28,780 nt of DNA from Amoeboradix gromovi X-113 (Eukaryota > Fungi > Sanchytriomycota), in assembly GCA_018985225.1 (NCBI GenBank), contig JADGIF010000043.1:1-28780 (forward strand). Direction: 5' to 3'. The notes below the pieces were generated by a model. It was not told the origin of the DNA and did not search any database. It saw only the letters and a program-made list of their open reading frames with translations. A program made the position numbers and the translations under genes. Position 1 is the stretch's first letter. Each line of letters begins with the position of its first letter. This document shows positions 1 to 9,323 of the stretch, in pieces.

Positions 1-115
1 AATAACATGATACCGGAAGTCAGTTCTGTTCTTTGAGACAATTGTTTCAAAGAGGTTGTCTGGTTTTTGTAGAATTTGTTCCAGAGGGTAAAACAGAAAA
101 GTACTGATAACCTAC

Positions 116-1072
116 ATGTACAAAAAACATCACAAATACAACATGTATTCTTGCGAGCCATACATGCACAGCTATGATTGTTTTGCGAAGGGTCGATGGA
201 TCGGTCGGAAAATATTTGATGTTTTACAATCTGAATTCATGCTTTATGATTCTGATTATTACGGAAAAGCAATAGAGGATGGAAGGATAACTATAAATGG
301 TCAAAAGTGTACAAAAGATACTATTGTTAGATCTCCAGATAAGATACAACACAGGGCATTTGTCACTGAACCATATATCGGTGATATCTCCCAGGTCAAT
401 ATTTACGGAGTCTTGGATTGGGAATTAACTAGTAAAACATCAGATCTATATGCTGTGTATAAACCTTCTAATGTGCCTGTTCATGCAAGTGGCAGCTATC
501 AAAAAAACACCCTTGTTGGAGTTATTAAAGAGAAATTCAACATAACGATACATCCACTCCATCGATTGGACAGACTGACTTCCGGTATCATGTTATTCTC
601 AACAGCACCCAAGGCCCATCAGTCCTTGTTTACTGATCATCTAATTCAGAAGGAGTACTACTGCTTGGTGAAAGGAGAAGTTGATTTCGATAGCACAACT
701 GTTGATGTACCTATCGCATCATATTGTGGTAAAAGAGGCTTGCAAACCCTAGATGATAATGGAAAACCATCCCAAACTAAATTCGTTAAAGTTTTAGCCA
801 AGGATGGAAATACTCTTTTAAAAGCGTATCCACTGACTGGTAGAACTCACCAAATTAGACTTCATTGCTTGCACTTGGGTCACCCTATCGTAAATGATCC
901 CATTTATAAACATGGCCTACCTTCTCCAGGTACAAATCTTAGCAGGAATTCCGATATCACAGTTGACAATGAAATTTACTTGCACGCCAATGCATATTAT
1001 CTAAACGGTAAAAAGATAATTTGCCCTATACGGCCCGATTGGATTATTGACTTACTAAATAAAAGTGTTTGA
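116..1072 (+). CDS. RluA-family tRNA/rRNA pseudouridine synthase (RIB2/PUS9/RPUSD2-like)
   Basis: PYMHSYDCFAKGRWIGRKIFDV N-terminal motif typical of RPUSD2/Rib2, S4-like segment, KPSNVPVH, catalytic HRLDRLTSG, TGRTHQIRLH, GHPIVNDPIY, LHA. The start could be the second ATG at 143. Confidence 0.93.
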   Translation: MYKKHHKYNMYSCEPYMHSYDCFAKGRWIGRKIFDVLQSEFMLYDSDYYGKAIEDGRITINGQKCTKDTIVRSPDKIQHRAFVTEPYIGDISQVNIYGVLDWELTSKTSDLYAVYKPSNVPVHASGSYQKNTLVGVIKEKFNITIHPLHRLDRLTSGIMLFSTAPKAHQSLFTDHLIQKEYYCLVKGEVDFDSTTVDVPIASYCGKRGLQTLDDNGKPSQTKFVKVLAKDGNTLLKAYPLTGRTHQIRLHCLHLGHPIVNDPIYKHGLPSPGTNLSRNSDITVDNEIYLHANAYYLNGKKIICPIRPDWIIDLLNKSV

Positions 1073-1327
1073 TTTTAACTGAATAACCACATATTATGAT
1101 GACAAGTAATTTATCATTGAATTAGCTCTTCTTTCCTTCATTTCTACTTGAAAAAACAGGACATTCTTTTTTTATCGTCTTCGAAGTTAGATTCTGGTTT
1201 TCTAAGCTAGTCTATTTCAAATCTAAAAGAATAAAGGAACACGATCTTCAACATTCACAAACTGGTCTTAAGTGAAATTACTGCTCAAAAAGTTCAAGGC
1301 AGTGGTAGAATGCAAGTATAGCATACA

Positions 1328-1717
1328 GGACTCAAATCTCAGATAATGTCCGCAATTATAAGTAAGAGGACCACCTGCAAATATTTCTCAGTCCCATAAT
1401 ATACCATTAAGTCTTTTTCCAATGTGAAAAATGCACTGGCAATATTTCTTTCAAAATAGCTTGGCTGATCAGCACTTGAGTAGATGGTGCAATTCTCAAC
1501 AGATAAACACTTCAGTGTTCTGTCTTGATGTTTCTGATGTCGTCTTGTTCACAAACAAGGCAGCATCTGGATGTCAAGTTCACAGTCACAGTACATCCCT
1601 TGTTATTCCATATAAACTACGTAACTGAAGACATGAAGATTTCAGATTGCTAGTATGGCTTTTAACTGTTCTTCCTACTTGTAAGCCATGATATTTTGTC
1701 AGAATGGGTCTCATATA
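1328..1717. repeat. Degenerate dispersed repeat R1, copy A (direct repeat of 27928-28320)
   Basis: Collinear shared blocks such as AGTCCCATAATATACCATTAA, TTTCAAAATAGCTTGGCT, AGCACTTGAGTA, GATGTCGTCTTGTT, CACAGTACATCC and ATTTTGTCAGAA.GGGTCTC. Boundaries approximate. Confidence 0.88.
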
Positions 1718-2119
1718 CCATTCAACCTGAAACATGCCAATTAAATACATGCATCCCTATTCATTCCTGCCTTAGAGCAGTGGAGGTATGAGCGGCCAAT
1801 GTAGCTGATTGACATTGTTAGTTTCTTGGTGGAAATTCTCCAAGTTCTCGTGGATTAGGACTTTTAACTAGAATATAGACCGTTTATTTTTATTTATAGT
1901 AAATTTTTCTCAACAGGTCTTCACTAGTTCGCTAGTTATAATGACGACGACTTTGGTGCTACTAGAATGATCTGATAAGACTAGGTTGTAGTTTGGGTCG
2001 CTTGAAGTTTTTATAAAAATCAGATGCACTTTTCCTAATTGTCAAAAATACTAACTTCGCTATTTAAGTGGAGTATATTTATTAAATATTTGCCTATATT
2101 GGTGTAGAACTTTCTTCAT

Positions 2120-5100
2120 TTATTGGACTTGTTTTAATCTTTCTAATCTGCTTGATAAGTCCTGTAAATCTACTTGCATATCATCCTTGCTACCACTTGT
2201 TTCGTGCTCTTCTACTTCCTGTTGCTGTAAGTTGTTCAGCTTACTCTGCAGTACACTCAATCTCGATGTGAAGTGATTCTCAACTGGTGACATTGCAAAC
2301 GATGGTATCTTTATTGTCTCCTTACTCACTGTTACAGAGGTATTTAGCTCTGGTGGTGTGTGATCTTTTGTCAGATATTCTCTCATGAATACTTTGTACT
2401 TATCATCGCCGCTTATAATTAAAGGCCCATTCTGCTGCATACTTACTAGTACTGTTTTGACTATTCGTAAAGGTATCTCGCTTTTCGAATTGTTTTTGTA
2501 ATCCATTCCATATTCGCCCATTACGGTCATCAATTTTACCAATTCCTCAATTATTAAATCATTCTGATTATGCAATACATGTGAGTTCATCATATCTTCT
2601 ATTGCGTTTTTGTTATTATGATTTCTCTGCAACTTGTTTATACATTTACTAATTAACATCATTTTTACCTCACTAGTTTTGTAATCTTTCTCTTTAATCA
2701 AATTAATTAGCATTTGTATAAATATTGCATATCCCTGTAAAATGTCCATTTTATAGATCATCTTAACTATCAAACTATTCATCACTACCTGCAATTTCTC
2801 ATTGTCGATCTTTTTAAGTGTATACAACAACATTGGCATTAACACACTGTAGTAGTTTATCAGCATTCCCTCGTCATTCATTATTGTAAGTAAGCTGCTC
2901 ATTTCTTGCCCTAGTCTTATAACTTGCTGCTCTTTGCACTTGTACGGTATAAACTTGTTGTAGTTCATTATTATTCCATTTATAATCCCAGTTGAATATG
3001 CGTTACACTTGCTGATGTTCAACTGTAACTCTTTGCATGTGTAGTATGATCTAGTGCAATCCAACAGCTCTAATTCACTTATCAGATGTATGACAGATTG
3101 CTTGTACTTGTTATCAAACTGCGAGGTGTCGTATTTTGAGGATGCTTTGACATGCTGTTGGACACTGGCAGACCCTGGCAAAATGTTGTTAATTACTTCC
3201 AAATCCATATTATTACTACTGTAAATATCTATCAATTCCTTGCTGTATTTGCAAACTACATCTTTGCAGGTATACCTGGTTATTATGTCATGTATCTCTG
3301 CTATACCGTTTAGTGTTTTGTTAAGAATTAAATGTTCTAAAATCTTAGAGCTAGGAGTCAGTGCATAAAGTAGCTTGAATTCAGGAGATTCAAGTAACAG
3401 CGGTATAACTATAGTCATTTGTTCATTAGAAATTCTATAGTTGATATTGCTCAACTCTAATAACAAAGGGATTAAATCAGCAACCATTACAGGTGTATTT
3501 GACAGCATAGCAGCTAGCTGCGCATCTAGAGGCATATCTGCCGGTTCATTTTCAGCATCTAGTGACAGAGTTGCTGGTTCCTGAATTGGTTCATCTACCG
3601 GTATAGCTAAATCTGTTGGCAACCCCACCTCCTTACTTTCTGCACCTGCTATTTCTAAAGTTCGAGAATCCTGAATAGTTTGCTTCAACTGCATTGAGTA
3701 TTTTTTATTTAGTTGATTTTTGTTTTGTTGTTGCTGTATTATAAATTCATTGATGATAGAATATTGCTCGTTATTAATTGAATTAATTTTGTAGTACTCT
3801 ATAAGTAGTAACAATACACACCTACAACTGTTCTCATGTTTAGTCGCTACCAAGCATTGTAGAAGTGTCAGTTTCTGTTGATTGCTCATTATGCCTAGCA
3901 AATGAGTTAGCGTTTTTGTTGTAGCATCTTTAATAGATTGTTTAGTGTCCATGTAGCAGTTAATTAGTTGGAGCAACAGTTGTTTGTGCTTGACTAGACC
4001 ATTTAATGGCAGATAGATTATTACTTGAATAGTAGCGAGAATTAAGTTTTTATTACTATCCTGCAGATTAACTGATAACACCTGGTATATAGCATTAATG
4101 TTAGTACCCGAGTTATGCTGCTGCAGTAGTCCCGTAAGTTTTTGTAATCCCAACTGGCGCTGTTTCCAATTAGTATCTCGTAATAGCGGAATACACTCTA
4201 ATATATCAGTGCTAACATTAACAGTCTTCTTTTTATTATTGTTGCTCGCGCTGTTTTTGATTGCATCTTTTAATGTACTTGTAGCTCTTTTTATTGCAAT
4301 ATTAGAGTGAGTTGCACAAAATTGCAAGTAATCGCTTAGTTCCTCAACATCATCAAAAGTTAGCGTAGACAAAAATTGTATCATTGATATATGCACCTTG
4401 ACGTTTTTTATACTTGGTAGCATTGCTGATAAATTAGATAGAAATGATCTGGATTGCAAACTGCATAATAGTAAACAAACCAAATCATGACATTTGTTAT
4501 CTGTAATTCTGTTAACAACGTATGGCAAAATCAAATGATTAACACTGTTAACTACCTCAATGCTAGACTGCTTAACTGATTGATGAAATAACGTAAGAAT
4601 CAACAAATTAACATGAAAATTCATTTCATTCTTAAAGTAGTGCAAGATAACATATATTAGTATCTCAAAGTCAGTAACTATAGGAAACTGTTGAATACCA
4701 GACACTCTATCTTTGTAGTTGCTAGATTTGAACAAACTCTGAATATTTGATGGCACGTGTTGCTCAACCAGTTCATCGATATCATGGTTCGGATGCACTA
4801 GAGGCTGTTTCACTGGAGTGCGCTGAGTGAGCTTACGTTTTACCGGAAGTGAGTTAGTAGAGCTTGAATTGCTAACGGCTGCCGTCAAGCTCCGCTTCAT
4901 AACGGGCTTTGGTGCGCCGATGATACCGCTCCTACTTCTTGGTATCTCTTTAGATGATACACTCGATAAAACGGGCTTTTTCTCTTTGTTACTAGTTAAA
5001 TACGCTGGCTTTTGTTTATTTACGCTATCAGGTTTAGCACCTGTTTTAAATAACTCCTCCAAGTCCTTGTACCACACAATTTCATTATCATTCTTGTATT

Positions 5101-6487
5101 TCGCAATGGCGTCCTCGATCTTTGCCATTTTTAGTTTGTCAAATTCATACTTTTGAGGGCATATAAAGCTTATAAGTCCCAATAAATCGCAAGTAGAATC
5201 CCTTACATTAGCATCCCTTACATCCATGTTAACATAAAGCAATGGTAATAGAGGCTTGTACACTGGTCTGACATGAATGCAACGATGTAAAATGCTAATA
5301 GCTTGCAGTTGGATAAATGGAGTCTTGTGATGCAATGATGAAGTAATATTGTCAATTACAGTGTCCCATTTCAACAAGCAGCAACAAATATAGACCAAAT
5401 CAGCGTGACTTTGCTTCTTGTCCTTTAAATGAGCTAATGAGATTGGTAGCACTTGTAAAGCAAAGGATGGATTCAATGACAATAATAAATAACAATATAA
5501 ACACTGTGCTGCAGCAGCACTCACATTTACATTTTTATTGTTTAACAAAGGTAGTAAAGTATGGAACAACTCATCATCAAGCATGTCAAGTTTAGGAAAG
5601 GTAAACGAATTAAACGCGGATTTGAAAGTACTTTTTAAATGATTTAAATGAACATATAAATCGAAGTAATCAAGGTTGGCATATTTCTGTAAACTGTTGC
5701 TTACATTTGTTAGCGCTTGAAATTTTACGTTCCACTTCGGGTTGTTCAAGTCATCTTCTGATGGCGGCTGAATAGAAATGGGAGAAAGTTGCAGCGCATT
5801 TAACTTGTTGGAAAAAGACTCAATGTATTTTTCTTTTGGATCCAAAGAAGTTTGAACGTGCATGGGTTCATCTACATCCATGGCAGCGTCTATTTCTATT
5901 TCTGTTTCTATTTCATTGGCTGAGTCTGGAGATAGGTCCTTAAGTGTCTCCTTAGCAGATTTGCATTTTTCTATGATACTCGTTTTAAGAGATTCGGAGC
6001 AATTCAAATATTTGCTGATTTTGCAATAGATGCTAGCAAACGAGAATATATTAGCTGCTTGTTGACGAATTTGTTGATTAGCATGAGTAAGCAACCCAGA
6101 GAGCTTTGAAAGGTGATCTGGTAACAAAGATTTATATACCGCAGTTGAGTTTTCAGAATGATCTAAAATGACAGAAGAGTTCTTGATGATTAATTTGATG
6201 TTGTTTTCATTGATCATTTTAATAAGTTCATCCCAGATTCCTAGACCACAATTATCCATACAAATTGTTAGCAAGATGTCGATTTCTTTTCTTTTTAACA
6301 CTTGACGCATAAATGGAGTACATAGTTGTCTTGCATTTTGCACAATATACTCACTGGTTATTTTCGATAGTAATACACCTAAACAGAGGGCATTAGTATC
6401 TGCAAAGTACTCTGGAACAATTTCTGATAGCTCCATGCCTTCATATGCTACTTTTCTTTCCTTGAAATGCGTCTTGAGCAAAGACAT
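2120..6487 (-). CDS. XMAP215/ch-TOG/Stu2/Alp14-family microtubule polymerase (multi-TOG)
   Basis: TOG HEAT-A-like motifs THFKERKVAYE, NNPKWNVKFQAL, SSNYKDRVSG and DTNWKQRQLG; a basic Ser/Lys linker; C-terminal EIPLRIVKTVL and DLSSRLERLK. First ATG is at 6487 (the ORF track start at 6550 is TTG). Confidence 0.88.
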   Translation of the reverse strand: MSLLKTHFKERKVAYEGMELSEIVPEYFADTNALCLGVLLSKITSEYIVQNARQLCTPFMRQVLKRKEIDILLTICMDNCGLGIWDELIKMINENNIKLIIKNSSVILDHSENSTAVYKSLLPDHLSKLSGLLTHANQQIRQQAANIFSFASIYCKISKYLNCSESLKTSIIEKCKSAKETLKDLSPDSANEIETEIEIDAAMDVDEPMHVQTSLDPKEKYIESFSNKLNALQLSPISIQPPSEDDLNNPKWNVKFQALTNVSNSLQKYANLDYFDLYVHLNHLKSTFKSAFNSFTFPKLDMLDDELFHTLLPLLNNKNVNVSAAAAQCLYCYLLLSLNPSFALQVLPISLAHLKDKKQSHADLVYICCCLLKWDTVIDNITSSLHHKTPFIQLQAISILHRCIHVRPVYKPLLPLLYVNMDVRDANVRDSTCDLLGLISFICPQKYEFDKLKMAKIEDAIAKYKNDNEIVWYKDLEELFKTGAKPDSVNKQKPAYLTSNKEKKPVLSSVSSKEIPRSRSGIIGAPKPVMKRSLTAAVSNSSSTNSLPVKRKLTQRTPVKQPLVHPNHDIDELVEQHVPSNIQSLFKSSNYKDRVSGIQQFPIVTDFEILIYVILHYFKNEMNFHVNLLILTLFHQSVKQSSIEVVNSVNHLILPYVVNRITDNKCHDLVCLLLCSLQSRSFLSNLSAMLPSIKNVKVHISMIQFLSTLTFDDVEELSDYLQFCATHSNIAIKRATSTLKDAIKNSASNNNKKKTVNVSTDILECIPLLRDTNWKQRQLGLQKLTGLLQQHNSGTNINAIYQVLSVNLQDSNKNLILATIQVIIYLPLNGLVKHKQLLLQLINCYMDTKQSIKDATTKTLTHLLGIMSNQQKLTLLQCLVATKHENSCRCVLLLLIEYYKINSINNEQYSIINEFIIQQQQNKNQLNKKYSMQLKQTIQDSRTLEIAGAESKEVGLPTDLAIPVDEPIQEPATLSLDAENEPADMPLDAQLAAMLSNTPVMVADLIPLLLELSNINYRISNEQMTIVIPLLLESPEFKLLYALTPSSKILEHLILNKTLNGIAEIHDIITRYTCKDVVCKYSKELIDIYSSNNMDLEVINNILPGSASVQQHVKASSKYDTSQFDNKYKQSVIHLISELELLDCTRSYYTCKELQLNISKCNAYSTGIINGIIMNYNKFIPYKCKEQQVIRLGQEMSSLLTIMNDEGMLINYYSVLMPMLLYTLKKIDNEKLQVVMNSLIVKMIYKMDILQGYAIFIQMLINLIKEKDYKTSEVKMMLISKCINKLQRNHNNKNAIEDMMNSHVLHNQNDLIIEELVKLMTVMGEYGMDYKNNSKSEIPLRIVKTVLVSMQQNGPLIISGDDKYKVFMREYLTKDHTPPELNTSVTVSKETIKIPSFAMSPVENHFTSRLSVLQSKLNNLQQQEVEEHETSGSKDDMQVDLQDLSSRLERLKQVQ

Positions 6488-7088
6488 GATTGTGTTTCGA
6501 ACAGGCGGGAAATGCTCTATGAGAAGTAAACTGGGGTAAAAAGATAACAAAACAAGAAAACGAATTTTGACTAACTAGATGAACAACGCTAAATTGTAAT
6601 AGTATTAGAGCTCTCTTTTACAAGTTTCATAAGACTATTAATACTATCACTAAAACTCACAAGTCTCAAGTGCGCGCAATTTGGTTAGATAAAATAAATC
6701 ATACTTTGGTCTAGTGAAAATCTCAGCAGTCCTAATTATTGCACTCTTGAGACTCGAACCTGGGATCATCTACATTTTCTCTGGTGGTGTAAGCGATTGA
6801 CACATTGGTACGAAACAACCTTCGTTTTTAATAAATGGACTTCACTATGTAGCATATATGTATGAGTAAGTATCTGCTTAAACGAAAAACAGGTAGTATA
6901 TTTCTCTTAAATGATCGCCTTGCATATTAGTAACTTCGTTGATTGCGAACCTGGCAAAAATATCAATGGAACTATAAGAAGCGATTTCATTAGCTCTTGA
7001 CGAAAAATTACTCAAAGTTGCCCTTTGCTACATGATTAGCCGTGACCTGTCGAAGTTTAGCAATTAGTTGATACATAAAATAGTAAGT

Positions 7089-7341
7089 GGGACACCAAAT
7101 ATAAAAACTAGACCAAGTCGTTTTTAAAGGAGGTGCACCATAAGGAGGAAATACTATTATTAATAAAAGTACTTCTTCTTTCATTAATGTCATTCCACTC
7201 TTTAAAGTATATAGGGTCTCTGAGTGTCTGAGCAAAAGGTGCAGCCAATAAGATTAATTTAATTTACTATCAGTTAATACACACCTGAAATGGTGATTCA
7301 AACCGTATTAGAAAGAGTCTAGTTTTTGTATTTCATGTACC
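7089..7341 (+). mobile_element. MITE family M1, copy 1 (253 bp, internally deleted)
   Basis: Left TIR GGGACACCAAATATAAAAACTAGAC; degenerate right TIR GTCTAGTTTTTGTATTTCATGTACC; body homologous to 17042-17436. Flanks are AAGT/ATAT, so there is no perfect TSD. Confidence 0.88.
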
Positions 7342-7367
7342 ATATGTTTTAGAAAATTCGTTTATTT

Positions 7368-8924
7368 TTAGACAACTTCACTCATTTGCTTACGGAAAAC
7401 TTCTACTTTGAGCTTTTTTTCTTCGTCAATTTTGATTATTCTGTTTTGAATGACTTCTTTTTCGATTGGACTTGTGGTTTCAGCTAGTTTCTGGTTTAAA
7501 ATCTTTAATCTTAACAAATACTGACGTTCAAAATACTCTTCCATCATTTCTTTAGGATACTTACTTTCGTTGAATACTTGTACTAAAGTCTTTGCTCTTT
7601 CCTTCTTCGTCTTTATAAAATCGGCCTCATCACTATTCAAAAATTTCTCTTGAACAGTTCTGTCCTTCAAAATATTATCTAGCTTAGTCTGAATTTCGGT
7701 TCTCTCATTTAGTATCTTTTTTATCTCGTATGTGATATCACTGAACCTATTTCTAACTTCTGTCCTCAAATTAGTAGTAGATTTAAAATCATTTGACACG
7801 GTTTCGACAATAGTGTAGGGGTCTTTGGATTCCACCGAGTAAGAATTCTTCTCCAATAACACATAAGGTTTGAGACACGAGTCATTAGATACATTGTATA
7901 CCATCTTGACCGTGTCATTCATTACATTGAACTCTAACCTGTCAATTTCACCGCAATTATAGTTGTTAATGTATGTGTTATCATTATACTCTCTTGTCTC
8001 TAAAAAGTCGTTGCGATAAGAAAAACTATCGGTTATGACTGCATTGCTAATTACCCTTTTAATCAAGCAGTCAGACCTAGTGTCATAAAACTCATATAAT
8101 GTAGGAATGTCATTTAAACAAAGAGTCTTCAGTCCATCCTTCCTTCCATATTCAAATCTTTCTATGACCTGGTTCGAGATTGGGTTTATCGATCGTTCTT
8201 CTAGAAAATCTGACCTATCACAAAAATATTCGTGCACAAGACTTTGATTGTCAGTAGAGCTACCAAACTTGATTAAGCACCTAGCTAAACAGTCATTTCT
8301 CTTTTCGTATAACTCTAATATACTGTCTCTAAATTCTAACTTTAAGGAACAACTAGGATATTTAGAATCAAACTGAAATAAGGCTGCTGACATGAAACTT
8401 TTACGTTTAAACTGGCTAGTTTTCACTTCTAATGGATAACCCAAGGACTGCCATTCCAAAAGCGTTTTTTCGATTGTGTAGACTCCCAAATTATTTGCGC
8501 AATACTGTACCAACTCGATACACTCAAAACTATCAAATTTTAAATACAAATATGGTATATAACCTACATTATTTACAATCACAAAATAACCAGGTTTGTA
8601 AGTACCGGAAAACCTGTTGAAAAATTTCTTTTCAAATATTGTTTCCACTCTTAAATAGTGATCTAAACTACTAGTCAGACTCTCATCAACAGTGCCATAG
8701 CATAAAAATGGTTTTAAATTCATTGTCAAGCATTCATTAACCATAAGCAAACAGCATTCTAGCTTATTAGCCTCGCGCTTTGCAACAATATCTGATATTG
8801 AGTTTAACTCATCATTATCTACTATATTCACTGCTGTCATCAACTCTAAACAAACACTATCAATTTCAGTGCCCTTGCATAGCCTGGCAAATGAAAAAAA
8901 GGAATGAATGTTCTCAAACATCAT
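7368..8924 (-). CDS. DRC7: Divergent dynein regulatory complex subunit 7 (DRC7/CCDC135)-like protein
   Basis: SISDIVAKREANKLECCLLMVNECLTMNLKPFLCYG resembles the DRC7 transglutaminase-like segment. Repeated E.F..R.D.L..R units (EYFCDRSDFLEER, ERFEYGRKDGLK, EFYDTRSDCLIKR, DSFSYRNDFLETR) and a C-terminal coiled coil. Recognised by eye; first ATG is at 8924. Confidence 0.62.
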   Translation of the reverse strand: MMFENIHSFFSFARLCKGTEIDSVCLELMTAVNIVDNDELNSISDIVAKREANKLECCLLMVNECLTMNLKPFLCYGTVDESLTSSLDHYLRVETIFEKKFFNRFSGTYKPGYFVIVNNVGYIPYLYLKFDSFECIELVQYCANNLGVYTIEKTLLEWQSLGYPLEVKTSQFKRKSFMSAALFQFDSKYPSCSLKLEFRDSILELYEKRNDCLARCLIKFGSSTDNQSLVHEYFCDRSDFLEERSINPISNQVIERFEYGRKDGLKTLCLNDIPTLYEFYDTRSDCLIKRVISNAVITDSFSYRNDFLETREYNDNTYINNYNCGEIDRLEFNVMNDTVKMVYNVSNDSCLKPYVLLEKNSYSVESKDPYTIVETVSNDFKSTTNLRTEVRNRFSDITYEIKKILNERTEIQTKLDNILKDRTVQEKFLNSDEADFIKTKKERAKTLVQVFNESKYPKEMMEEYFERQYLLRLKILNQKLAETTSPIEKEVIQNRIIKIDEEKKLKVEVFRKQMSEVV

Positions 8925-9323
8925 TTTGTGAAACCTTTCAGACAAAAAAATACAACAAACTATTTAACTCCTAGATAAGTTCCTAATTTAGAGGAAGATC
9001 AAGACGAATTCAATCACTCCTTGCAATGGTTGCTCACGCTTCCACTACCTTGGCGTGAGATTGAGTATGGATGCATAAATTTCGAGCATGTGTCACTTGC
9101 CAACATATCATAATAAATGGTTCATTTAATCAAAATCGAGAGCTGCCATATACTAAAAAAATTTAAGAGAACTTAATATAATGCTACTGAATAGGATCAC
9201 TTCCTTGCCTATGTTAAATAGACAGTATGACCTGATTTTTTGGTGGGGTGATGAGTTCTGATTGGACCCAAAATATAAGATAGCCTGAAATAGCTCATTT
9301 AAAACTCAGCTCCAAGATTTCCA

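Noticed and set aside
628-649. CTAA-NN-YAG matches inside intact ORFs (also near 13332 and 20265)
   Set aside because: No GTA donor 19-21 nt upstream, and excision would break the frame or remove conserved residues.
1431-1628. 65-aa ORF
   Set aside because: Inside repeat R1; not preserved as an open frame in copy B.
6739-6820. tRNA-like B box (GGTTCGAGTC, minus strand 6751-6760)
   Set aside because: The T-stem and acceptor stem do not pair and no cloverleaf can be built. At most a decayed tRNA relic.
7008-7235. 75-aa ORF
   Set aside because: Lies largely within MITE copy 1, has a non-ATG start and no motif.
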